Source of the DNA: Rebecca billardiae RCC1528
Taxonomy: Eukaryota; Protista; Haptophyta
Length of the DNA stretch: 64,000 nucleotides
Reading direction: 5' to 3'
Assembly: GCA_965240325.2 (NCBI GenBank)
Contig: OZ251226.1
Coordinates: 496,001-560,000, forward strand
Shown in pieces: positions 47,901 to 57,357 of the stretch (its first letter is position 1; each line of letters starts with the position of its first letter). Both the position numbers and the translations under genes were made by a program. The notes beneath the pieces are model-generated. The model did no database searches and was not told the origin of the DNA. It saw only the letters and a list, made by a program, of their open reading frames with translations.

Positions 47901-50900
47901 GGGCGTGAGCGGCGCGCTCGCCGCGCCACCGAGCGGCGGGCAGAGCGGCGTGGGCAGCACGAGCCGCACCGCGCCGCGGCCCACGGCGACGGGCTCTGGG
48001 CGCACGTGCGCGCACGGCTGCCACACCCCCTCGAGCGCGTCCCCGCAGAACGCCGCCGCCGCCTCGGTCACCGTCGCGCGCCACGCGCCGTCCGCCACAT
48101 GCAGATTCAGATCGAGGCCGCCGACCAGAGCGCGCACGCTCACCTCGGCCGCGGGCACGGCCGCGAGCTGCGCGTCGGAGAAGTTGGCGAAGACGAAGAC
48201 GTACGCCTGGTCGCCCCACGTGTCGAGCGTCTGCTCGAGCGCCGCGCCCACCTGCACGCCCGCCGACCCCGGCGCGAGCCCGACCGTGCCCGCGCTGCGC
48301 GAGATCGCCGCGCCGGTGAGCGCGACCACGTGCAGCTGACGGACGGTCACGTTGGCGCGCGTCACGGAGACGGGCGCGGAGACGTCGGTGCCGACGATCC
48401 GGACGCGGGTCTCGCCCGGGCGCACGCCGCGCGCGAGCGGCACGCCCTCCGTGCCGCCGTGCGCCGCGATCACCACGACCACGCCCTCGTCGTCCGAGCC
48501 CAACGCCACCTCCGAGCTCACGTCCACATCCGACACGGTGGGCAGGCCCGCGCCGCCGAGCGCGACGCTCGCGTAGAGCTCCGACTGTTGGTACGCGTCT
48601 GCCTGGCAGTCGTCCGGCCTGCGCAGCGCCGGGATCGCGTCGAGCTCGGCGTCGGCGAGGCGCAGCTCCGCCGTGAGCACCGCCCACACGCGCACGGGCA
48701 CCTGCGCCACGAGCTCGCCGCTGCCGAGCTCGCGCACGCTCACGCGCACGGCCGCAGCGCCCGCCGTCTGCGCTGCGCCGGCCGTCAGCGCGTCGCACGA
48801 GGCGACGGCGAGCGTGGTGGCGGCGGCGGCGCCGTCCGCCAGCTCGCACGTGAAGACGACCCCGAGGCTCGTGCTGCACCCCGCGTCGCTCGCCTGCGTG
48901 GAGAGCGCGCACACGCTCAGCGCCGAGCTCGCGCCCCCGCCGCTCGGCGAGATCCGCGCGAGATTGACAAGCACGGGAGCGCTTGCCGTGGCGAGCGCGC
49001 CCGCGAGCGCTGCGTGCTCGACCACGAGCGCCCCGGAGGGGTTGGCGCCGTCGCGCCAGTCGAGGACGGTGACGGGCACGACGCCCTGCGGGCCGATCGG
49101 GCTGGCGGCGGTGGAGCGCATCCCCGAGTGCGTGCAGTTGAGCACCGCGCCGTGCGCGCCCGCGCGCGCGCCCGCCGGCACGCGCAGCGCTACGCTCAAC
49201 ACGGGCAGCCAGTCGCCGACTGCGTCGAACGCGTCCCGCCCGGCTCGGTAGTTGTTGGGCAGCACGGTGATGGAGCCCTCGCCGTCGGGGAAGTACACGA
49301 GCGCGAAGAGCTCGGAGGCGATGCTGTCGCTCAGCGTGCCGCTGCGCGGCTCAAGCGCCGACAGGTCGATGTGGAGCTCCAGAATCCAGCTGAAAGCGGG
49401 GCGGCGCGCGGGAGGCGCGCGGGAGGCGAGGGCGAGAGCGCGGACGAGGCGCGACGGGGCGCCGGGAAGGGCGCGGCGTCGATGGGACCGTGTGAGCAGC
49501 GGAGGGCGGGCGAGGTGCCGCCGGGGCTCGCGGCACGTGCCAGCACGCGCGGTGCCGCGCGCGCGCGCGGCCGCTCACGTGAACAAAAACGCGCCGCCTG
49601 TGTGCGCGTACACGACGACGTCCACGTCGTCGCCCGGGAAGCGCGGCGACGCGGTCATCTGGATGCGCATGTTCGGGCTCGTGAGCAGCGGGTGCACCGG
49701 CGCCTTCGCCACCGCCACCGAGAACGGGCCGGCGGACGCGACGGCCGCGCCGCCGCCGTACGACGCTTGGACGGTTGCGCTCGCCAGCCTCGCCTCGGCG
49801 GCTGAGAACCAACCGGCGGGCAGCGCGGCGGTGCACTCGGCGATGCCGTCGAAGGCGCCCGGCGCCGTGCAGCTCGCGCTCAGCGCGGACACGCCGCCCC
49901 CGTCCAGCTCGAGCTCGAGCGCCACCGCCAGTCCGGTGCGCTCCACGAAAGTCCGGCCGGCGTCGTCGCGCAGCTGCACGGCGAGCGCCACCGTGCTCCG
50001 GTCCAGGTGAACGGTGCCGGTGCGCACGATGGCGGTGATCGAGGCGACGGCTCGGTACGCCGCGGAGAAGCTCGCGAGGCGGGTCGAGCCGGGCTCCGCG
50101 CCCAGCCGCACGCCGTGCACCGACGCGTACACGCGCGTCGTCCGCGCGCTCGGCAGCGTGCCCATCGCGGCGCCGTAGCCTCGCGCCTGCTCTGCCTCCC
50201 CCGCGCCGCGCGCGCTGCCGCGCACTGGCCGCGCGGGCGAGCTGGCGTCGTGCTCGAAGCGCACGCGCGCGCCGTCGACGCAGGGAGTGGCGTCGTCGGC
50301 GCAGCACGCCGCGAGCTGCGGCGGGCTCGGCGGCGGGCTCGGCGGCGAGGGCGGCGGCGAGGGCGGCGGCGAGCTCGGTGGCGGGCTCGGCGGCGGGGAC
50401 GGCGGCGGGGACGGCGGCGCGCTCGGCGGGCTCGGCGGCAGCGGCGGGCTCGGCGGCGAGGGCGGCGGCAGGAAGCACGCGGGCGCGTCGACGAACGACG
50501 CGTTGCACGCCGCGCTCCCGTTCGTCGCGCCCGCCGAGAACCCGATCAGCGGCTGCCCCAGCGACAGGTCGACATGAGCATCCAAGTTGCCAAACGCGAA
50601 GTCAAAGGCGCCCGCCGGCCGAGCGTCGCCCGCGCCGCCGTCGCGCAGCACGAGCTCGAGCGCGAAGGTGGAGCCGCAGGTGCGGCCGTCGGGCGCGCAC
50701 GCGGCGACGCACTCGTCGTAGTGGAACAGGCACTGGTGGTCCATCACGCGCTCCCACAGGACCAGCACGCTGCCCGCGCCCGACGTGCCGTTCAGCCCGC
50801 TCGCGTACACGTTGTTGTTGAAGCGCGTCGAGTCGACAAAGCCCCACGTGGGCCCGACGAGCGCGAAGTGCCACAGCGGCGCGAGGATGGGCCGCGCGTC

Positions 50901-51554
50901 GAACTCGGCGAGGTCGGGCGTGCGCGCCGTGAGCACCGCGCCCGCGCCCTCCCCCGCGCGGAGCAGCTGCACGAAGCCGCTGCTCGACACCTGCACGTGC
51001 GAGTACGACACGCCCAGGAACGGGAACGGCGACGGGAGCGCGAAGACGTCGGTGGGCACCTCGAGGTCGCCGTCGTTCATCTCGAGCTCGAGCAAGCCGC
51101 TCAGCGTGCACGCGCCCGGCGCGAACGACACGTTCGCCCCCTCGCGCGCGAGCGTCGTGAGCATGCCAGCGCGCGTGTCGCACGGCGCGCTCGGCTCAAG
51201 TGGGTACTGGCAGTAGGAGTAGCCGCCCGGCGCGCCCGGCAGCTCCGGCTGCGCGGGGCCGTGCGGCAAGAAGCGAATCACGGTGTTGTCCAGCGACTCG
51301 ACCATCGTCCAGTTGCCCGCGGGTGGTGCGCCGCACTCGTCGGGCGCGCGTAGCGCGCTGTTCACACCGCTCGTGCTTGTATGCGGCTGCCTCGCATACT
51401 CGAGCTCGCAGAGGCTCGCGGCGTCCTCGTAGACGGTGGGGTGCGTCGGATCGGCGTTGCACGACGTCGTCGTGATCAGCCGCCGGCGCGCCAACGCGTC
51501 GCGCCCGCCCGCGCTCTGCGCGAGGAGCACGCACGTCGCGAGCGCGCGCAGCAT
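34448..51554 (-). CDS. Giant (~5580 aa) cell-surface multi-pass membrane protein: signal peptide, NIDO-like, SPPP linker, TMEM132-like cohesin/Ig region, cohesin-like, dockerin-like, SPPP stalk, several TM segments, cytoplasmic coiled coils
   Basis: Exons 51554-49579, 49389-36145, 35969-34448; two phase-2 GT..AG introns join three ORFs of the track, 16743 nt total. N-terminus MLRALATCVLLAQSAG. NIDO-like LPSPFPFLGVSYSHVQVSSSG..ILAPLW. TMEM132-like ELRLADAELDAI..YQQSEL..GVRPGETRV..VTVRQLHVVALTG..QAYVFVFANFSD. TM WRILVVLLLWLLALLLGAWFVLG. Extra in-frame introns inside exon 2 cannot be excluded. Confidence 0.75.
34821..35132 (-). repeat. 84-bp (28-aa) coding tandem repeat, ~3.7 copies
   Basis: QLRQ(E/D)RERDAQQLAEAETQRAQQQAAIE repeated with almost no nucleotide differences. 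Confidence 0.92.
44775..45365 (-). repeat. Ser/Gly-Pro3-4 (extensin/pherophorin-like) coding repeat
   Basis: About 195 codons of (S/G/A)PPP. A shorter block lies at ~50320-50470. Confidence 0.9.
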
Positions 51555-51743
51555 GGCCAGGCCGATTGACGGCGCGGTCAAAGTGGCTGTTACGAGTTCA
51601 GAGTACTGCGTACCAGTACGGAGTACGGACGTACGGTACGACTCGGTACGGGAGCGTGTAACTGTACAGTATGGTACTACTGCATTGTGAGAAAACCGCA
51701 TGCTCGATGATGCCCTAACAGACAGCTGCTGCTGCCGCTCTCA

Positions 51744-52733
51744 TCACGGAGCAAGTGGCGGGTGCGAGTCGAAGAACTCGTACAGCTCCATCCCCGGGCG
51801 AGCGGCGACTGCGTACACCACCGGGCGCGCCGCGCTCGTCAGTGCCGTCAAGTGCCCGTGCGCTGCGGGCGACGGCGCCGTCACACCTGTTGGCGCGTGC
51901 TCAGCTCCGAGCCTGAGACCATCCGCAGCATCCACTTCCTCCACGCCGCCGCCCAGGGCGCGGGCGGCCGCAAGCTCGGTCGCGTGGTGCACGTCGCCGC
52001 GGTGCACGGCACGGAAGTCGAACAGCAGGAGCGAGCCACGCCCCATCGTGGCGCGCAGGACGTGCGCCTCCGTACCCGCGGCGGGCGCGCCTCCCCCACG
52101 GAGCGCGTTGAGCTCGTCGGCGCGCCGCTGCGCGGCCTCGATTGGCCAAGCGTGCGAACCCGCCACAACGCAGGTGGGCCCGTTGTTGTCGGTCACGTCG
52201 ACGAGCGGGCAGAAGACGTTGACGCACCCCGCTTGCGTGCCATCTGTGTGAAAGCCCTGCGCGCAGCCCCCGGGCAGACTCGCCACGAGGCCCGCCATGT
52301 GCGTGCGCCCCGCGCCGTCGCCCAAGAGCCCCGAGGCTGCAAGCACCTGCGCGCTCCACCGCCTCATCTGCGCGAGGAGGTCAGCACATGGAGGGCCGCT
52401 CGTGCGGTAGTCGAGCCTGACGTCGTAGCGGCGCCCGCCAGTCGAGCGGCTGCAGATAGCCGAGGCCAAGAAGCGGTCGTGCAGCACGTCGACGCCGGCG
52501 AGATGCCGCTCGACCCGACCAAGCAGCTGCGCGAGCTCGGCCGCCGCCCAGCCGCGGACGCGCTCGCACAAAGCCGCATCGACCATGGGCGCGTCGAGCA
52601 GCACGCAGCCAATCTGTGCCAGCGCGGTTGCCGCACGATGGAGCGTGCTCTCGTGCAGCTCCCCAGCATCGAGCTCCTCCGGCGTCGGGCACACGCGCCA
52701 TGCGGACGTCGCGTCATCGGTGCCGGCAGCCAT
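51744..52733 (-). CDS. PhyH-like Fe(II)/2-oxoglutarate dioxygenase
   Basis: QGFHTDG (HxD), NVFCPLVDVTDNNGPTCVVAGSH, GRGSLLLFDFRAVHRG. ATG at 52733. Confidence 0.8.
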   Translation of the reverse strand: MAAGTDDATSAWRVCPTPEELDAGELHESTLHRAATALAQIGCVLLDAPMVDAALCERVRGWAAAELAQLLGRVERHLAGVDVLHDRFLASAICSRSTGGRRYDVRLDYRTSGPPCADLLAQMRRWSAQVLAASGLLGDGAGRTHMAGLVASLPGGCAQGFHTDGTQAGCVNVFCPLVDVTDNNGPTCVVAGSHAWPIEAAQRRADELNALRGGGAPAAGTEAHVLRATMGRGSLLLFDFRAVHRGDVHHATELAAARALGGGVEEVDAADGLRLGAEHAPTGVTAPSPAAHGHLTALTSAARPVVYAVAARPGMELYEFFDSHPPLAP

Positions 52734-53420
52734 GCTGGCTGGCGAGCGGCGCCAATCCTGCGCGCGCAAAACACGAGGACACAAAACCGTTGGAACTTTC
52801 GTGACGGACCACGTGATACGGCCGTGGCCCGCGCGCAGTGCACGTAACTAACTACTACTACTGATGAACACTACTATCTATCTACGTCTTGCCACCGTTG
52901 CGTCGAGGCGGCATCAGTGTCACGCCTCGCCGGGTGGCCGGCGGGGCGCCGCCGGCCGACGTGGACCCGGTTGGATGGGTGATGGCATGACGATGATGAT
53001 GATACATGATCCTGCTGGGCCTGGCATCATGTCGCCGTCTCATGAGCTGACTGACTGACTGTCGTGCACACAGCCACAGACGCTGCCAGAGGTTAACGTG
53101 TTGCGGGGAAGGCGTCACCTGGCGAGCAGATGCGCTGTGTGGCATAGAGGCCCCGCGTAGCACGCTGCTGCCGGTGGGCTTCGGCATCAGCAGATGCACA
53201 ATATGCTGCACGCACGAACTCGGCAGCGTAAAAGTGGTGGTGAGCGCGTTGTCGCCACGGCCGCTGCACGGGCTGCCGCCACGTCCACCACTCCCAGCTG
53301 CGCGCGGCGGCGGATGCAGGAGGGGCGGCGGTCGCAGCGGCGCGAGCCTGGCTGCGCCAGGCCGTGCGGCGTCGATGCCGACGACAGCGCGGTGGACGGC
53401 GACGCATGGAGAACGAGTGC

Positions 53421-53789
53421 TTACATGAGGAACCGATACGCAACCGCCGCACCGACGAGCACGATCGGCACGACCACGCCCATCATCGAGGAGCCGCCCG
53501 CGGCGGCGTCCTTGGCCGGCTTGGCCGGCTTCGCCTTCGACGGGTCGTACCCCTCGAGCTTGCCCACCTCAAACTTCTTGAGCTCCTTCCGCGCCTCCTC
53601 CGAGTGGCCGACGTCCTCAAAGTCTGTGGTCGCATCCTGCCCCGCGCGGTCAAGCATCACCTCCTCGCCACCGGGGTGGTCCTCAAGGTAGTTGGTGATG
53701 TCATACACAATCCCTTCGATGGTGAACCACGCATCCTTCTTCGTGTTGTGCTTCGCCACCTCCTCCTCGCTGATCAACTTATCGGCCAT
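53421..53789 (-). CDS. CYB5: Cytochrome b5, tail-anchored (122 aa)
   Basis: EEVAKHN..DAWFTIEGIVYDITNYLEDHPGGEEV...AGQDATTDFEDVGHS with both heme-ligating His; C-terminal hydrophobic anchor. Confidence 0.95.
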   Translation of the reverse strand: MADKLISEEEVAKHNTKKDAWFTIEGIVYDITNYLEDHPGGEEVMLDRAGQDATTDFEDVGHSEEARKELKKFEVGKLEGYDPSKAKPAKPAKDAAAGGSSMMGVVVPIVLVGAAVAYRFLM

Positions 53790-54306
53790 GATTGCGCGAC
53801 ACGCGGATCCGCAGATTCGGCGATCCACGCTGCAGAGATGGCGAGATGCGCCTCTCGGAACGCCAACGTTTGCGCCAGCATGGCTTTTTTGCCCCGCATC
53901 AAGGCTGCAGACTTTTTTATTCATTTCCAAAAAGTTTTTCATCACGTCGTGCGTGGCGGTGGGACTATCATAGGAAAGTGCCTGTGTCGTATTACTCGTA
54001 TTCATTATAAAAGATTCCCTCCAGCCGTTGAGTTGGTTGCAATGTGTGCCCCCGGCCACTATATGTAATACGAAAAACCAAGCCTGAAAGGTTCCACGTG
54101 GATACTGGTATGTGCGCAACCAGAATGCCCAGCGCCGCCGCCGCCATCAATCGAAAATCGCAGAGTCCAGACGCGCACCCCGCCAATCCACGTCGTGGCA
54201 CATCATCGCGATTCACGCGGTACGTGCTAGTAGCCTCGGCCGAGCGTTGGGACCGCGGCGGCGCGCGCCTGCGCGTGTGTCCGTGCGACCGAGTTTGAGC
54301 GGCCCA
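53790..54306. promoter_or_regulatory. AT-richer divergent promoter region between cytochrome b5 and ODC
   Basis: About 520 bp between divergent starts; AT-rich core, CACGTG at ~54095 and CCAAT at ~54183. Confidence 0.35.
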
Positions 54307-55955
54307 ATGCAGCGACGAGGCATCCTCCGAGTCCTCCGCCGCGCGGCCCACGGGCCGCTGCTCGCGTTCGGGTCGCCTTCTGCGCCCGCCGCCGGCGCGA
54401 TAGCGCGCAACGAGACGGCGTGGTCGTCGAGAGGAGGCGGCGTGCATACACCGACGGCGAGAGCGGCGGGAGCGGCGCCCGCGACGCACGGGCTGAGCAG
54501 CGTCGCGGCGTTGGACGCCGCGAACCACCACGCCGACCTGCCGCTCGCCTCCTTCGACTTTGCCGACGAGCCGGCGCGCAAGCAGGCGATGCGCGAGCAG
54601 CTGTACGGAGCGAGCGAGAGTGCCGCGGAGAGCGGCGAGTCGGCGGTGCTCCGCGTGATCCGCGAGCAAGTGGTCTCGGGACAGGAGAACGCCTTCGCCG
54701 TGTACGACCTCGCCGCCGTGCAGCAGCAGTTCCTCCGATGGCACGCCGTGCTGCCGCGCGTGATGCCGTTCTACGCCGTCAAGTGCAACCCCGACGAGCG
54801 CATCGTGGCGCTGCTCGCCGGGCTGGGCGCCGGGTTCGACTGCGCGAGCAAGGCGGAGATCGAGCTGGTCCAGAGCTTCGGCGTGGGCCCCGAGCAGGTC
54901 GTCTTCGCCAACCCGTGCAAGCAGCCCTCGCACGTCGCGCACGCCGCCGCGAGCGGCGTCGACCTCACGGTGTTTGACGGCCATGACGAGCTCGACAAGA
55001 TGGCTGCGTTGCAGCCGTCGGCGCGGCTGCTGCTGCGCATCCTCGTGGACGACTCGCAGGCGGTGTGCACGATGTCGCAGAAGTATGGGGCGCCGCTCTC
55101 GCAGGTCGCGGAGCTGCTCGCCCACGCCGACTCGCTCGGCCTGAACGTGGTCGGCATCAGCTTCCATGTTGGTGCGCGCGCGGATGCGCGCGCGCGCGTG
55201 GTGGCCCGTGTCCGCGCCGGGGCGTGCGAGCGCGCGCGCGCTCGCCGGGTGGCGGCGCGGCTCCATGCGCTGACACCCGCCCTCCCTGCCTGCCCGCCCA
55301 TGCGCCCATGCTCGCCTCGGCCGCCGCGCGCGCAGGCAGCGGCTCGCGCTCGGCGCAGCCGTTTGCGGACGCGGTGCACTCGGCGCGCCGCGCGTTTGAC
55401 ATCGCCGAGAGCATGGGCAAGCGCTTTGAGCTGCTCGACATTGGCGGCGGCTTCCCGGGCGAGGCGATGCACAAGGCGAGAGCAGGCACGCCCACCTTCG
55501 AGGAGATCGGCGAGCTCGTGCGCCCCGCCCTCGACTCGTTGTTCCCGGTCGAGTCTGGCGTGCGGCTGATCGCGGAGCCCGGCCGCTTCTTCGCCCACTC
55601 GGCCGCCACCCTGTGCACCAACGTGATTGGTCGCAAGGTGCACATGACGGGCCCGCTGCGCGGCCAGCCGATGTACTTCGTGAACGACGGGCTGTACGGC
55701 TCGTTTAATTGCGTGCTCTATGACCACGCCACCGTGCAGCCCTACGCGCTGCGCACCGCGGCCGCGGGAGTGCCCGCCGAGCCGTGCTCGGTCTGGGGCC
55801 CGACCTGCGACGGCCTCGACTGCATCACGCAGGAGGCGCGCCTGCCGCCGCTCAACATCGGCGACTGGATCAGATGGCCCAACATGGGCGCGTACACGTC
55901 GGCGGCAGGCTCGACCTTCAACGGCATGGAGCGATCGAGCAAGATCTACATCTGA
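54307..55955 (+). CDS. ODC1: Ornithine decarboxylase (fold-type III, PLP-dependent)
   Basis: Exons 54307-55171 and 55336-55955; splicing restores FHVGSG. Motifs PFYAVKCNP, FDCASKAE, LLDIGGGFPG, IAEPGRFF, VNDGLYGSFNC, WGPTCDGLD, NMGAYT. Start could be the later ATG at ~54589. Confidence 0.93.
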
Positions 55956-56817
55956 ATGTCGCCGCCTGCCGCCCGGCGGGTGCACTGGCTGGCGCCGGGC
56001 GGCGGCTGCGGTCGGTCCGACCCTCGTCGCCCCTGCTCGCGCGCTGCCGGCGCGGTGGCGCTGCTGCGTGCATCGCGGGTGCCCGCGCCCCATGCGAGCG
56101 CTCGGGCGACATGGCGGATACGCCTGAGCCGTCCCGCCGCGCATGGGGATGGCTGGGCCCGCCGTGCGCTCGGAGCCATGCGGGCGTGGCATACAGCGCG
56201 CGCAGCTGCTGCCACTGCTGCACGGACTCGGAGCGGTGTTGTGGTCACTCCTCCGGCTGCTCCGGAGGCAGCGGACTGGCCACTGCCGGCGTGACCGTCG
56301 CAGCCGTTTCGGACGTTCGGATCGGTCCGCTCGGATGCGCACGACACAGTACGCCTGACTCCGACCCAGCGCCGCCGGGCGGACACGCCGAGCACGCCGA
56401 GCTCGCACCGCCGCCCGGCGTGGGCGCCATAGCAGCTAGTTAGTACATCCGCAGATGCTGCCACTCCATAGGAGTGCTGCGTCGCTTGCGCAAATCAATG
56501 CGCTCCGAGGCGACAGTCCAATAATGTCTGCGATTGCCGCTATGGTCCGCGGACCCTACTGCCTACACGGATTATTTACTTATAATCAATACAGTGTACT
56601 CAGAATAATAAGAATAAGTAGAGACGCACACAGCTCAGGCAGCAGGCGAGATTGACGCCCGCCAACTGTCACCGCCCACGAAGCCGTCGCCGATGGTAGC
56701 GCGCCGCCGGAAGATTCGTCGTTCAGCAGCCGTCCGGCCTGCGAGGCCTGGATGACGAGGGCTGCGGCCGCCTCGCGGCGCGCCAGCGCCCGTCGTCCTC
56801 GCCCCACGGCCCACCGT

Positions 56818-56820
<3 letters not shown>

Positions 56821-56912
<92 letters not shown>
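56821..56912. repeat. (CT)46 microsatellite
   Basis: Uninterrupted ct run. Confidence 0.97.
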
Positions 56913-56913
<1 letters not shown>

Positions 56914-57149
56914 GCTACAATTAATTTCGATGGCATGCACTGCTGATGCTACGACCGGCGCGGATCGACGACTACTGATGTTTATGTAGTTATCGACCTG
57001 ATTCATATTGTCGCGGGCAGTCAGGGGCGTTGCGCCAGCTGGACAAAACACGCTTCCGGTATTTGATGGTCCTTTGGTTCCGGTTCTTTTCAGATCTCGA
57101 TTTTCAAAAAGAAATCTTCCGCGCTCTACCACCTTGTAACTAACTACAA

Positions 57150-57271
57150 TTTTCTATCTACTGTCTATCTATATGTCGATATCGATATCGATGATATCTA
57201 TATCTATCTATCTATCTATCATCTATCTATCTATCATCTATCTATCTATCATCTATCTATCTATCTATCTA

Positions 57272-57354
<83 letters not shown>
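57150..57354. repeat. Compound microsatellite: imperfect (TCTA)n followed by (GT)37
   Basis: tatctatcta... run to 57280, then gt run 57281-57354. Confidence 0.95.

Positions 57355-57357
<3 letters not shown>

Noticed and set aside
53790-54119. 110-aa N-terminal extension of cytochrome b5 given in the ORF track
   Set aside because: AT-rich promoter-like sequence without coding bias; the b5 domain starts naturally at ATG 53789.
54110-54590. Polyamine-responsive conserved uORF upstream of ODC
   Set aside because: I found no PPW-type motif in the upstream frames I examined.
51744-55955. PhyH dioxygenase + cytochrome b5 + ODC as a biosynthetic gene cluster
   Set aside because: Adjacency only. 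b5 and ODC are ordinary housekeeping genes, and there is no scaffold enzyme or co-regulation evidence.
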